Origin: Bacteriovoracia bacterium
GTDB taxonomy: Bacteria; Bdellovibrionota; UBA1018; CAIPTA01
Length of the DNA stretch: 64,000 nucleotides
Direction of reading: 5' to 3'
Assembly (NCBI GenBank): GCA_050246755.1
Contig: JBFWVL010000001.1
Location: 1,760,001 to 1,824,000 of the forward strand
Both the position numbers and the translations under genes were made by a program. Positions 38,790 through 48,413 of this stretch are shown one piece after another (the stretch's first letter is position 1; each line of letters starts with the position of its first letter). The notes beneath the pieces are model-generated. The model saw only the letters and a program-made list of their open reading frames with translations. It did not search any database and was not told the DNA's origin.

Positions 38790-39924
38790 CGGGATCGCGG
38801 AATCCTGAGTCGGCTTTCGCGCCGTCCAGCAACCCCAGCGCGGTGGGCAGAGCGTTCTGCGGCTTTCCCGCCGGTGCCAGCCACGTAGATCCTTCCGGCA
38901 CGATGCTTTCGCGCAGGTTATTTTTGGGCCGGTAGGCTGAATCGAGCGAAAGCAAATTCACGATCGGAAAACCCTGCCCCAGGGGCGGGCTGCGCTCGAG
39001 GTTTTCCCGGTACACGCGATAAGCATCCGCCTTTGCCTCCGCGGCCGAAGCGGCCACCGGATCCAGGGCCAAGCTTGCGGGGGCGCGGGTCTCGGCCGGG
39101 GCTTCGCCGTATAATTTTCCGTTCAGGTTCACCCAGCCCCTGATCTCCATTTTTTTCCGGAGGCCGGGATAAAGATCGAGCGCACGGTAGATCACGCCGC
39201 CGGCCTGGTTCTGGCTGAAGAGAACGATTTTCTTTTCGTTGCGCTGGGAGAGTGCCTGCACCAGTTCGGTGGCCTGATCGTCGGCGCTGGAGAAAGGCGT
39301 GATATCGAGTGATTCCAGGGCATAGCCTGCTTTCGCCAGCTGCTTTTGCCATTCCAGCATTTCTTTCTGGGCGGCAGTTTTATGCTTCAAGGAGTCTTCG
39401 AGAGTAACGGTTCGCACCCAGAGAACCTTTTGCTTTTCTGGAGCAGGGTTGATCGGCAGTGCTGGTAAATCCCGCGCCGCGAATACCACCTTAAAGAACG
39501 CTTCCTCGGTTTTCTTGCCGAACCATTCGTTCACGGCTTCCCAGTCTACGAGAGAAAAGAGATTGGCCTGAGGAAAGGCGGCCACGAGAAAATCGAGACC
39601 CTCTTTGTCCACGGCGAGATCGGAGGCCTTTTTCTTTTTCGTCACTTGCAGCACGCGCGCTCTTTGCCAGGCGGAAAACGATGTATCTTCGGCGTGAGCT
39701 AGATCGTAAAAGTGGATACGCGCCTGGGTTAAATCGGCCGCCACTTTTTGGGCGGCGGCGGGAAGCTTTTCTTCCTTGATCCCGGAGTAGGAGAGGAGGG
39801 CCTGCTCCCGCTCCAGGCGGCGCATTTTGCTGTAGGCTATAAAGGCGTCACGGAACGGGGTACTGGCTTCCGCGTGTAAGCTGAAGAGAGAGGCTAGGAG
39901 AAGGAGAACGAGTGCCCGTGTCAT
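38770..39924 (-). CDS. Secreted protein with degenerate alpha/beta-hydrolase-like C-terminal half
   Basis: Signal peptide; IVLFSQNQAGG at the position of the nucleophile elbow. Confidence 0.55.
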   Translation of the reverse strand: MTRALVLLLLASLFSLHAEASTPFRDAFIAYSKMRRLEREQALLSYSGIKEEKLPAAAQKVAADLTQARIHFYDLAHAEDTSFSAWQRARVLQVTKKKKASDLAVDKEGLDFLVAAFPQANLFSLVDWEAVNEWFGKKTEEAFFKVVFAARDLPALPINPAPEKQKVLWVRTVTLEDSLKHKTAAQKEMLEWQKQLAKAGYALESLDITPFSSADDQATELVQALSQRNEKKIVLFSQNQAGGVIYRALDLYPGLRKKMEIRGWVNLNGKLYGEAPAETRAPASLALDPVAASAAEAKADAYRVYRENLERSPPLGQGFPIVNLLSLDSAYRPKNNLRESIVPEGSTWLAPAGKPQNALPTALGLLDGAKADSGFRDPVSDSGF

Positions 39925-39932
39925 ATACGAGC

Positions 39933-39959
39933 TCTTCGGTCTAATTTCCGATCAAATTA
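39933..39959 (-). promoter_or_regulatory. sigma28 (FliA)-type promoter
   Basis: Minus strand TAAT-N15-ACCGAAGA, 8 nt before ATG 39924. Confidence 0.45.
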
Positions 39960-39993
39960 ATATGTTATTTACTATTTAGAAAAGCCTGTAAAA

Positions 39994-40266
39994 TTATAGG
40001 CTTGGGTGCTGGGGGTTTTTAGAGAGCTTCTTTTGGCGCTTGGTTTCAGGCTTTACCACCTCATAGGCGATGGTTTTCGCGTTCTGGGCCACGCGCTGGC
40101 CGAGCAGAAAGGCACGAGCGGGAAATTCTTCGCTCTTTTCCAAGATGGCTACACGCTTAGCCTGTTGGATGGCGCGACCAATCTCTTCGAAGGGCTGTTG
40201 CTGTTCCACGGAAGCAAAAGCCGATCCGGCCACTAGACTTGAGAGTAAGAGAGTTTGGTAAAGCAT
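39994..40266 (-). CDS. Small secreted hypothetical protein
   Basis: GAGGA SD, ATG 40266, signal peptide ending AFA. Confidence 0.55.
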   Translation of the reverse strand: MLYQTLLLSSLVAGSAFASVEQQQPFEEIGRAIQQAKRVAILEKSEEFPARAFLLGQRVAQNAKTIAYEVVKPETKRQKKLSKNPQHPSL

Positions 40267-40357
40267 GCTGATCCTCATCTTTGCCGCGAGGCACTTACTA
40301 AAGTTTCCCACGGGAACCGTCTTTGACGCAATTCTTTCCCCTTGTTATAGAGCATAG

Positions 40358-41425
40358 GTGCCCACTCGTAAAGCCCCCGCCACGCGACGCGTTAACTTTT
40401 CTCATAAGAAAGCCTTCCTTCTGCGGAGGGAGAAGATTATCCGATCAATTAGATCTGTTTTTATGGGCCAGGATTTCCTTGAAGTACAAACCCCGGCCCT
40501 GCAGGTTTCCCCTGGTTTGGAGCCTCATCTGCAGGCATTCCGCACGGAATTGAAAGACCCGCGGGGTAATCGCACTTCCACGCGCTACCTTCACACGTCA
40601 CCGGAATTTGCGATGAAGAAGCTCCTCGCGTCGGGCCTAGAACGGATTTATCAAATCGCTCAGGTCTACCGGAACCAGGAGAGATCCAGCACCCATCACC
40701 CGGAATTCTCCATGCTCGAGTGGTATCGGGTGGGTCAGCCCTACACGATACTTATGGAGGACTGTGAGGGACTCCTGCGAGCGTGTAAAGATGCAGCGGG
40801 GGGCGATTCCTTGCTTACCTGGAAAGGGGTAAAATCCGATCCGTTTTTGCCCTTTGAGCGCCTCAGCGTTCAGCAAGCTTTCGTCCGCTACGCGGAAACG
40901 GATCTTTTGGGCTCGATTTCTGACCCCCTTCAACCATCCCCTGAGCTATTGCGCGCAAGTTGCCGGAAGTTGGGCATTCATTGTGTTGAGAGCGATTCCT
41001 GGGAAGACCTCTTCTTCCGGATTTTTCTCGAAAAGATCGAACCGAAGCTGGGAATTGGCCGACCCACGATCCTCTACGACTACCCAATCTCGATGGCGGC
41101 CCTCGCGCGGCCGAAAGCTTCCGATCCGAAACTGGCGGAACGCTTCGAGCTCTACGTTTGTGGGCTCGAGCTGGCCAATGCCTTTGGCGAGCTTACGGAT
41201 GTGAAGGCCCAGCGGGCTAGGTTCGAATCCGACATGGATAAGAAGCAACGCCTCTATGGCGAGCGCTATCCGATCGACGAAGATTTCCTTCAGGCCCTCG
41301 AAGAGGGCTTGCCCGAAAGCTCTGGAATTGCCCTCGGCGTGGATCGCCTGGTGATGCTTTGCACGGGGGCGGAGCATATCGAGGATGTGCTTTGGTTGCC
41401 GGTGGCGGAGCCGGATTCTAATTAG
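40358..41425 (+). CDS. epmA: EF-P lysine aminoacylase EpmA (GenX/PoxA)
   Basis: YLHTSPEFAMKKLL, HHPEFSMLEWY, ERFELY..ELANAF.EL and GIALGVDRL motifs; no anticodon-binding domain. Confidence 0.93.
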   Translation: MPTRKAPATRRVNFSHKKAFLLRREKIIRSIRSVFMGQDFLEVQTPALQVSPGLEPHLQAFRTELKDPRGNRTSTRYLHTSPEFAMKKLLASGLERIYQIAQVYRNQERSSTHHPEFSMLEWYRVGQPYTILMEDCEGLLRACKDAAGGDSLLTWKGVKSDPFLPFERLSVQQAFVRYAETDLLGSISDPLQPSPELLRASCRKLGIHCVESDSWEDLFFRIFLEKIEPKLGIGRPTILYDYPISMAALARPKASDPKLAERFELYVCGLELANAFGELTDVKAQRARFESDMDKKQRLYGERYPIDEDFLQALEEGLPESSGIALGVDRLVMLCTGAEHIEDVLWLPVAEPDSN

Positions 41426-43233
41426 CTTGGGTGTGTCACTGAGCTCTGTAGCTTCACGAATCTTGCGTAGGTAGAGTTCGCCGCGAGCAGCTCGCTGTGG
41501 GAACCTTGCTCGATAAGCTTCCCGTGATCCAAGACCAAAATCCTATTGGCTTCGCGCACGGTCTCGAGGCGATGGGCGATCACGAGGGAAGAGCGTTCCT
41601 TCATGAGCTCCTTCGTGGCCAGCTGCAGCTGACGCTCGGAATCCCGGTCCACGCTGGAAGTGGCTTCATCGAGAATAAGAATTTCCGGCTTCTGCAAGTA
41701 TACCCGCGTGAACGCTAAAATCTGGCGCTCGCCTAAAGACAAATTCGATCCGCGTTCGTCGAGGGCGGTGTCCAGCCCCTTCGGCAACCGCGCCACGATC
41801 TTGGCGAAACCCGTGTGCTCGCAGCCCTCGAGGATGGCTTTGTCGCTGAGGCCGGAGCGCAGGAGCATGAGGTTCTCGCGGAGCGTTCCCGAAAAAAGAA
41901 ATACGTCCTGCTGCACGAATCCAATGCGTTGGCGGAGCTCGAGTTTAGGGATTTCTTTCAGGTTTTTTCCGCCGAGAAGGATTTTTCCCGAATCGGGTTC
42001 GTAAAAACGGAAGAGCAAAGAGGCGATGGTGGTTTTGCCGGCGCCGGTATGGCCCACGATCGCCACGGTTTCGCCTTCGGCCAGGGAAAACGTCAGGCCA
42101 TCGAGGGCGGGTGTGCGCGCGGCGCTTTCGCCGGTGGGGTAGGTGAAGCGTACGTTTTCAAATTGTAGCGCGCCCACCTTGCCGGCTTCAGCGCGGTTTT
42201 CCATCGAGGTAGGCCCGCGAAGATCAGATTCCTCCGCCATGTCCATGAGCGTGAAGATGCGTTCCGCGCTCGACATCGCCGCCAGAAACACATTGTAGCG
42301 ATCGGTGATATTGCGCACGGGCTGGTAGAGGATCTGCACGTAGGCGAGGAAGGTAACGAAAGTTCCGAGAGCGAAATCTCCGCGCTGCATAAAGCCCGGG
42401 CCGAACCAGAGCACGAGGGCTACCGAGGCCGCGCTGAGGATGGTGATCGCGGGATGGAAGAGGGAATAGATATAAACGCCCTGGAACTGGCGGTTCCGAT
42501 ATTCTTTCGAGAGCTCGTGGAAAGATTGGCGCTCGAATTTTTCCCTCTCCATGAGTTGCACGATCGGCATCCCGGCCATTCTCTCGGCGAAGAATGCGTT
42601 CAGGCGGGCGAGCAATTCACGGGAGTGGCGGAAGGCGTGGCGGAGCCGGCCGGAAAAATAGTACATGAAGAAAAGCATCAGCGGGAAAACGGAGATGGCG
42701 ATCAGGCCGAGCTGCCAATGAATGGCGATCATGGCGGCGATCACGCCCACGATGATGAGGGTATCACTGAGGAGGAGCACGAAGCCGGCGCTGAAAAGTT
42801 CGGAGAGGTTCACGGTATCGTTGGTCACGCGAGTTACGAGCTTGCCGGTGGGATTTTTGTCGAAAAAGGGCACCGGCATGCGCAGCAGGCGGCCGAAGAG
42901 ATCGCGGCGGATCTGGTGCATCACGGACTGGCCGATGCTCTGGAGCTGGTAGCTTTGCAGAAAGCCCGAGGCGATGCGCAGGAGTTCGAGGCCGGCAAAG
43001 AGCAAAGCGAGTTTTTGCAGTAGGCTATAGTCTTTCGGGATGAGGGCTTGGTCCACGATGCGGCCCAGAAGCTTGGGCGCGTATAGCGCGATGCCCGCGG
43101 AGAAAAACACGAGGAGAACGGCGCCGGTGAAGCGTAGCAGGTGAGGGCGCAAATAGGGGAGGAGGCGGAAGACCACGCGATCGTCGAGTTTTTTTCCGCT
43201 GATATCGTCGAATAGGGCCTGGAATTTTTTCAT
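41422..43233 (-). CDS. ABC exporter TMD-NBD subunit (MdlB/YheH-like)
   Basis: GHTGAGKTT, LSLGERQ (degenerate signature), LDEATS and IAHRL motifs. Start moved to 43233. Confidence 0.92.
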   Translation of the reverse strand: MKKFQALFDDISGKKLDDRVVFRLLPYLRPHLLRFTGAVLLVFFSAGIALYAPKLLGRIVDQALIPKDYSLLQKLALLFAGLELLRIASGFLQSYQLQSIGQSVMHQIRRDLFGRLLRMPVPFFDKNPTGKLVTRVTNDTVNLSELFSAGFVLLLSDTLIIVGVIAAMIAIHWQLGLIAISVFPLMLFFMYYFSGRLRHAFRHSRELLARLNAFFAERMAGMPIVQLMEREKFERQSFHELSKEYRNRQFQGVYIYSLFHPAITILSAASVALVLWFGPGFMQRGDFALGTFVTFLAYVQILYQPVRNITDRYNVFLAAMSSAERIFTLMDMAEESDLRGPTSMENRAEAGKVGALQFENVRFTYPTGESAARTPALDGLTFSLAEGETVAIVGHTGAGKTTIASLLFRFYEPDSGKILLGGKNLKEIPKLELRQRIGFVQQDVFLFSGTLRENLMLLRSGLSDKAILEGCEHTGFAKIVARLPKGLDTALDERGSNLSLGERQILAFTRVYLQKPEILILDEATSSVDRDSERQLQLATKELMKERSSLVIAHRLETVREANRILVLDHGKLIEQGSHSELLAANSTYARFVKLQSSVTHPS

Positions 43234-45035
43234 CGCAGCAGATCCATCCCTTCCAGCTCTTGGCGCCGCGCGAGCTCGGCGAGGGTTTCGTTGGAGCGCT
43301 TGAGCTCGGCGAGAGGGCCGAAGCCCGCCACTTGACCTTGGTCGAGCACGAGCACTGAATCGAGGTAGTCGAAGGAGGAAACCCGGTGCGAGGCCACGAT
43401 GAGGCTGATCCCGCTCGCGGCTTCGAGGATTCCGTCCAGGAGGCGTTTTTCGGTTTCGGCGTCGATGGCGCTCATGCAATCGTCGAGCAAAAGCAATTCG
43501 GGATCGCGCGCGATCGCGCGGGCGATGGTGAAGCGCTGGCGTTGTCCCCCGGAAAGATTGGTGCCGCGTTCGCCGAGCAGGGTTTTGTAGGCTTGCGGGA
43601 GGCGGAGGGCATCGCCATCCACGGCGGCGAGCTTTGCGGCCTTGCGCGCTTCATTTAGGCGTGCTGGCTCGTCTATGGATTCAAAAGATTCGCTGCCGTA
43701 GAGAATATTGTCTTCGACGCTGCGGGAAAAAAGAAAAGCTTCTTGGGGTACGAAGGCGATATCGCGCCGGAACTCGCTCATGGGGAGCTCGGTCACGTCG
43801 ATATCGTCGAAAAAAATCGTGCCGGAGGGCACGCTCACGGTGCGCGCAAGGCAGGCCAGCAGCGTGGATTTTCCCGAGCCGATTCCGCCCGCGATGCCGA
43901 GTTTTTCCCCCGCAGGAAGCTCGAAGGAAATATTTTTCAGGCTGGGCTGGGCGGCGCCCGGGTGGGTATAACTGAGATTCTCCACGCGGATGGCGGGTGG
44001 GCCGCGGTGTTTACGGTGTTGAGGCGCAGCGGCTTCGGGCTGGGGTTTTTCGGCGAGCACTTCGTCTACGCGTTGCTGGGAAGCCATGGAGCGCTGGAAA
44101 ATATTGGCGGCGAGACCGATGCTTTCCATCGGCCAGCTGAGTTTTTGAATATAGCGCTGGAAGGCCACGAACACGCCGAGCGAAACCTTTTCCTGGATCA
44201 CGTAGGCGCCAGCCGCTAAAAATAAAATTGTGGTCGAGGCCGAGAGCGTAAAATCGAGCCCGGCCGAAAGGGTGGACTGGGTTACCGCCGCTTTCATATT
44301 CGCCTCTCGGTATTTTTCTCCCAACTGGTCGAACTCCCGTTCCTTGAAGCGTTCGAGGGCCGAGCCTTTCACGATGCGCACGCCGCCGAGCGCCTCTTGG
44401 CAATTAGAAGCCAGCTCGGAAAACTTATCCTGTACGGTGCGGTAACGCTTCTGGATCGCGCTTTCCATCTTTCGAACAAAGAAAGGCATAAGGCAAAGAG
44501 GCAAAAAGGCGACGAGGGTAAGCTTGGGAGAGATCCACAGCATGATGGGCGGGATGGTAATGAAATAGAAAATCGCGTCGAAAAGCGTGAGCGCACCAGG
44601 CCCGAGGGCGAAGCGCATGGCTTCGATGTCGTTGGTGGATAAACTTACGAGCTCACCCACGCGGCGCTTCTGAAAAAATCCCGGCGGCAAAGAGCTGAGG
44701 TGGGTGAAGAGTTCCCCGCGCATATCGTGGGAAGCGAGCATCGAGGTGCGGATGATATATTTGCGCCAGAAAAAACGCATGAGCCCCTGAATGGCCGCGA
44801 TCGCCATATAGGCCGCGAGGATTTTTAGGAGGAAGCGGCTCATCTCGGGGCCGAACTGGCTGGTAGTGAGCTCATCCACCGCGCTCTTAAGAAGGAGAGG
44901 AGGGAAGGCTTCGAGGCCGTCCACCACCACGAGCGCGAGAATGCCATATACGTAAAAGCGCCGGTATTTCCGGAAATAAAACCGGAATACGCGCGAGTTA
45001 TCGCGCCAGCGCTGAAAGTAAGTGGAGATTTTCAT
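43230..45035 (-). CDS. ABC exporter TMD-NBD subunit (MdlA/YheI-like)
   Basis: GGIGSGKST, LSGGQRQR and LDDCMSA (Asp in place of the catalytic Glu); heterodimer partner of the previous gene. Confidence 0.92.
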   Translation of the reverse strand: MKISTYFQRWRDNSRVFRFYFRKYRRFYVYGILALVVVDGLEAFPPLLLKSAVDELTTSQFGPEMSRFLLKILAAYMAIAAIQGLMRFFWRKYIIRTSMLASHDMRGELFTHLSSLPPGFFQKRRVGELVSLSTNDIEAMRFALGPGALTLFDAIFYFITIPPIMLWISPKLTLVAFLPLCLMPFFVRKMESAIQKRYRTVQDKFSELASNCQEALGGVRIVKGSALERFKEREFDQLGEKYREANMKAAVTQSTLSAGLDFTLSASTTILFLAAGAYVIQEKVSLGVFVAFQRYIQKLSWPMESIGLAANIFQRSMASQQRVDEVLAEKPQPEAAAPQHRKHRGPPAIRVENLSYTHPGAAQPSLKNISFELPAGEKLGIAGGIGSGKSTLLACLARTVSVPSGTIFFDDIDVTELPMSEFRRDIAFVPQEAFLFSRSVEDNILYGSESFESIDEPARLNEARKAAKLAAVDGDALRLPQAYKTLLGERGTNLSGGQRQRFTIARAIARDPELLLLDDCMSAIDAETEKRLLDGILEAASGISLIVASHRVSSFDYLDSVLVLDQGQVAGFGPLAELKRSNETLAELARRQELEGMDLLR

Positions 45036-45049
45036 AGCGAGCCGAAAGG

Positions 45050-45955
45050 TTATTTCGCGGGCTCGGCAAAATCAAGGTTGCGGAAGTCTTGCGGCATCGG
45101 GGCGTAGAAGGATTTCCCGAGGATATCCAGGCGCCAGGCGTGGAGCATTAAACGCGGTACGCCGGGAAACTGCACTCCGTAGGTATGATCACCCAAAATA
45201 GGCAGGTTATTTTCGCTCAGGTGCACCCGGATCTGATGAGTGCGGCCCGTTTTGGGCGCGGCCTCTAGGAGGGAAATAACGCGGCCCCGGGAGTTACTCG
45301 TGGCCATGGAGCGCACGAGGGTTTCGGCGAATTTTCCTCCCCGGGCCACGGTGGCTTGCTGGCGCTTATTTTTGGGGCTGGGGCCGAGAAAGCTTTTGAT
45401 CGCGATGGGTTTAGGCAGCCCGCCCAGCGAGATGGCCAAATAGGTTTTGCGCACTTCCTGCGCCTGAAAGGCCTGGGCCACGGCGGCGTTGGCCTCGGTT
45501 CTTTTGGTAAAGAGGATCACGCCCGAAGTATCGCGATCCAGGCGGTGGTGGATGCCCAAATAGACGTTCTGCGGCTTTCCTCCGTCGCGCTCGGCGAGGA
45601 ACTCTTTCAGGGCGAGCACGAGGTGGTGGCGCGAAGTATCGCGGGTCTCATGGGTGGGCAGGAGAGGGGGCTTATTCACCACGATGATATCTTTGTTTTC
45701 GAAAAGGATCTGATCGGCGGTGAGCTTCACGTCTTCCTGGTCTTTCTCCAGGGCGGCGAGCATAACGCGCACCTTATCGCCCACGTGGATTTCCTTAGCG
45801 TTCATCTTGCAGCGCTTGCGGTTCACGTAAACGGAGCCGTTTTCGATGAGCTTGCGGGCCGCGGAACGCGAGATATTCTCCACGTAGAAAGGGATCACTT
45901 TGTCTAAGCGCGGCTCGTCGGGGAGCTTATCGATCGAGAAGTCTAATTGGGACAT
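45050..45955 (-). CDS. RluA/RluD-family pseudouridine synthase with S4 domain
   Basis: RLDK (S4), NKP, HRLDRDTSG, TGRTHQIRVH and LHA motifs. Confidence 0.93.
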   Translation of the reverse strand: MSQLDFSIDKLPDEPRLDKVIPFYVENISRSAARKLIENGSVYVNRKRCKMNAKEIHVGDKVRVMLAALEKDQEDVKLTADQILFENKDIIVVNKPPLLPTHETRDTSRHHLVLALKEFLAERDGGKPQNVYLGIHHRLDRDTSGVILFTKRTEANAAVAQAFQAQEVRKTYLAISLGGLPKPIAIKSFLGPSPKNKRQQATVARGGKFAETLVRSMATSNSRGRVISLLEAAPKTGRTHQIRVHLSENNLPILGDHTYGVQFPGVPRLMLHAWRLDILGKSFYAPMPQDFRNLDFAEPAK

Positions 45956-46108
45956 CGGGGGGTCATACCGCTCCGCCCCAAAAAGGGCCAGTGATTTCCC
46001 CGTTTTACCGTCTATCTTGGGCTGCGACCGAATTGCGAAAATTGGGGGAGAGGATTAAGATCCCTGAACCTATTTGCTGGTCGTTTTATTGGGTTTTAGG
46101 GAGTGGCG

Positions 46109-47056
46109 ATGGCCGTATTCGAGTCTTTGGAGAACGTGACGATTTTGGGTTCCGGCCCTGCGGGGCTTTCGGCCGCTATTTACGTGGCCCGCGCCAACCT
46201 GAAGCCTTTGCTCATCCACGGTGGCCAGCCCGGCGGACAGCTCACCACCACCACCGAAGTCGAGAACTATCCTGGTTTCGAAAAGGGCATTCAAGGCCCC
46301 GAGCTGATGGAGATTTGCACCAAGCAGGCCGAGCGTTTCGGCACGCGTTTCATCCAGGCTCAAGTAACGAGCGTGGATCTTTCCAAGCGTCCCTTCAAGG
46401 TAACGATGGATAACGGCGAGAGCTTCCACACCAAGACGCTGATCGCCGCCACGGGCGCCACCGCTAAATACCTCGGCTTGCCGAACGAGATGAGCTTGGT
46501 GGGCCGCGGCGTTTCCGCCTGCGCTACCTGCGACGGATTCTTTTTTCGTGGCCAGGAAGTGGCCATCGTGGGCGGAGGCGATACCGCCGCCGAAGAAGCT
46601 ACCTTTCTCACCCGTTTCGCATCCATGGTTTACCTCATTCACCGCCGCGATACCTTGCGTGCCTCCAAAGCGATGCAGGCCCGCGTGTTCGCCAATCCCA
46701 AGATCAAGATGATCTGGGACACGGCCGTGGAAGAGATCGTGGGCGAAGGTGAAGTAAAGGGCGTCAAGCTCAAGAATCTGAAGACCGGCGCCGTTTCGCA
46801 TCTCGGGGTTACGGGCTTATTCGTGGCGATCGGTCACAAGCCTAATTCTGATTTGTTTAAGGGCTACGTGGACATGGACGAAGCGGGCTACGTGAAAACC
46901 GTACCCGGCACCACCAAGACGAAAGTTCCGGGATTCTTTGCCTGCGGAGACTTGCAGGATCACGTGTATCGCCAGGCCGTTACGGCGGCCGGTACGGGTT
47001 GTATGTCCGCGCTCGACGCGGAGAGATTTTTAGGCGCCGAAGAAGCGGCGAAATAA
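46109..47056 (+). CDS. trxB: Thioredoxin-disulfide reductase
   Basis: GSGPAG, GGQL, ENYPGF, CATCDG and GGGDTA motifs. Confidence 0.97.
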   Translation: MAVFESLENVTILGSGPAGLSAAIYVARANLKPLLIHGGQPGGQLTTTTEVENYPGFEKGIQGPELMEICTKQAERFGTRFIQAQVTSVDLSKRPFKVTMDNGESFHTKTLIAATGATAKYLGLPNEMSLVGRGVSACATCDGFFFRGQEVAIVGGGDTAAEEATFLTRFASMVYLIHRRDTLRASKAMQARVFANPKIKMIWDTAVEEIVGEGEVKGVKLKNLKTGAVSHLGVTGLFVAIGHKPNSDLFKGYVDMDEAGYVKTVPGTTKTKVPGFFACGDLQDHVYRQAVTAAGTGCMSALDAERFLGAEEAAK

Positions 47057-47081
47057 TTTTTTAGAATAAGAGGGGAATGAA

Positions 47082-48359
47082 ATGTCGGACATCATGAACG
47101 AAAGCGTATTTTTCTCGAACGAGCTTTTCAAAAACGTGAGCAAGCAGATCGAAGAGTGCTGTGTGCTCGCGGGAGTGGATCCCAACGTGGGTGATCGCCT
47201 GAAGCGCCCCAAGCGAGCCCTCGTGGTGAGCGTGCCGGTGCGGATGGACGACGGCTCCATCCACGTGTTCGAAGGCTACCGCGTGCAGCACAATATGACC
47301 CTTGGCCCCGGTAAGGGCGGTATCCGTTACCACCAAGACGTTTCTCTCTCGGAGGTGGCCGCGCTCGCGACCCTCATGACGATGAAGTGCTCCCTCGTGG
47401 GCCTGCCCCTTGGCGGCGCCAAGGGCGGTATCCGCGTGAACCCGAATTTGCTCTCGCGCGCCGAAAAGCAAGCCATGACTCGGCGATATACGGTGGAGAT
47501 CGCTAACGTGATCGGTCCCGACAAAGATATTCCCGCTTCCGACGTGGGCACGGGCGGCCAGGAAATGGCCTGGATCATGGACACTTTCTCGCAGATCAAA
47601 GGCTACGCGATCCCCGGTGTGGTTACCGGCAAGCCCGTGGAAATCGGCGGTTCCCTAGGCCGCGAAGAATCCACCGGCCGCGGCGTGGTTTATTGTGCCG
47701 AAGAAGCCGCGAAGATTTTGAAGATCCCCATGGGAAGCAGCACCTCGGTGGCCGTGCACGGCTTCGGTAAGGTGGGCTCGGTGGCCGCGCTCGAAATGCA
47801 GCTGCTGAACAATAAAGTGGTAGCCGTGAGCGATGTTTCCGGCGGTATCTACAATAAGGCCGGCCTCGACATCAAAGATTGCATGAAGTGGGTTTCCCAG
47901 CACGGCGTGCTCAAGGGCTACCCAAAGGCCGAGCCGATCTCGAACGAAGATCTGCTCGAACTCGACGTGGACATTCTCCTGCCTTGCGCAATGGAGAACG
48001 TGATTCATATCGGCAACGCCGACAAGATCAAGGCCAGGCTCATCTCCGAAGGCGCGAACGGCCCGATCACCCACGATGCCCATGAGCACCTCTCGAAAAA
48101 AGGCGTATACGTGGTGCCCGATATCCTCGCGAACGCTGGTGGCGTGATCGTGAGCTACTTCGAGTGGGTACAGGACATCGCCTCCTTCTTCTGGCAAGAG
48201 CGCGAAGTGAACGAGAAGTTAAAGACCGTGATCGTGCAAGCGTTCCACGAAGTGCATAAAACTTCCCAGGAGCTAAAGTGCGATATGCGCCAGGCCGCCA
48301 TGGCCCGTGCCATCCGCCGTCTTGAGCGCGCGATGCTGCTTCGCGGTCTTTTCCCGTAA
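47082..48359 (+). CDS. gdh: Glu/Leu/Phe/Val dehydrogenase (glutamate dehydrogenase)
   Basis: GPGKGGIRY, GGAKGG, VVTGKP, GFGKVG and ANAGGVIVSYFEW motifs. Confidence 0.93.
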   Translation: MSDIMNESVFFSNELFKNVSKQIEECCVLAGVDPNVGDRLKRPKRALVVSVPVRMDDGSIHVFEGYRVQHNMTLGPGKGGIRYHQDVSLSEVAALATLMTMKCSLVGLPLGGAKGGIRVNPNLLSRAEKQAMTRRYTVEIANVIGPDKDIPASDVGTGGQEMAWIMDTFSQIKGYAIPGVVTGKPVEIGGSLGREESTGRGVVYCAEEAAKILKIPMGSSTSVAVHGFGKVGSVAALEMQLLNNKVVAVSDVSGGIYNKAGLDIKDCMKWVSQHGVLKGYPKAEPISNEDLLELDVDILLPCAMENVIHIGNADKIKARLISEGANGPITHDAHEHLSKKGVYVVPDILANAGGVIVSYFEWVQDIASFFWQEREVNEKLKTVIVQAFHEVHKTSQELKCDMRQAAMARAIRRLERAMLLRGLFP

Positions 48360-48379
48360 GCCATCCTTTCGCCGCCGGC

Positions 48380-48407
48380 TAAATTTTCACGCGCATGCTT
48401 CCGATAC
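48380..48407 (+). promoter_or_regulatory. sigma28-type promoter overlapping a hairpin
   Basis: TAAA-N16-TCCGATAC, 6 nt before ATG 48414; inverted repeat CGCGCATGC...GCATGCGCG covers the start codon. Confidence 0.45.
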
Positions 48408-48413
48408 GAAGGC

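Noticed and set aside
43234-43479. N-terminal extensions in the ORF track (also 12965-13096, 36101-36388, 36910-37050, 57924-58268)
   Set aside because: They overlap neighbouring genes. Downstream starts with SD, leaderless signals or family-typical N-termini fit better.
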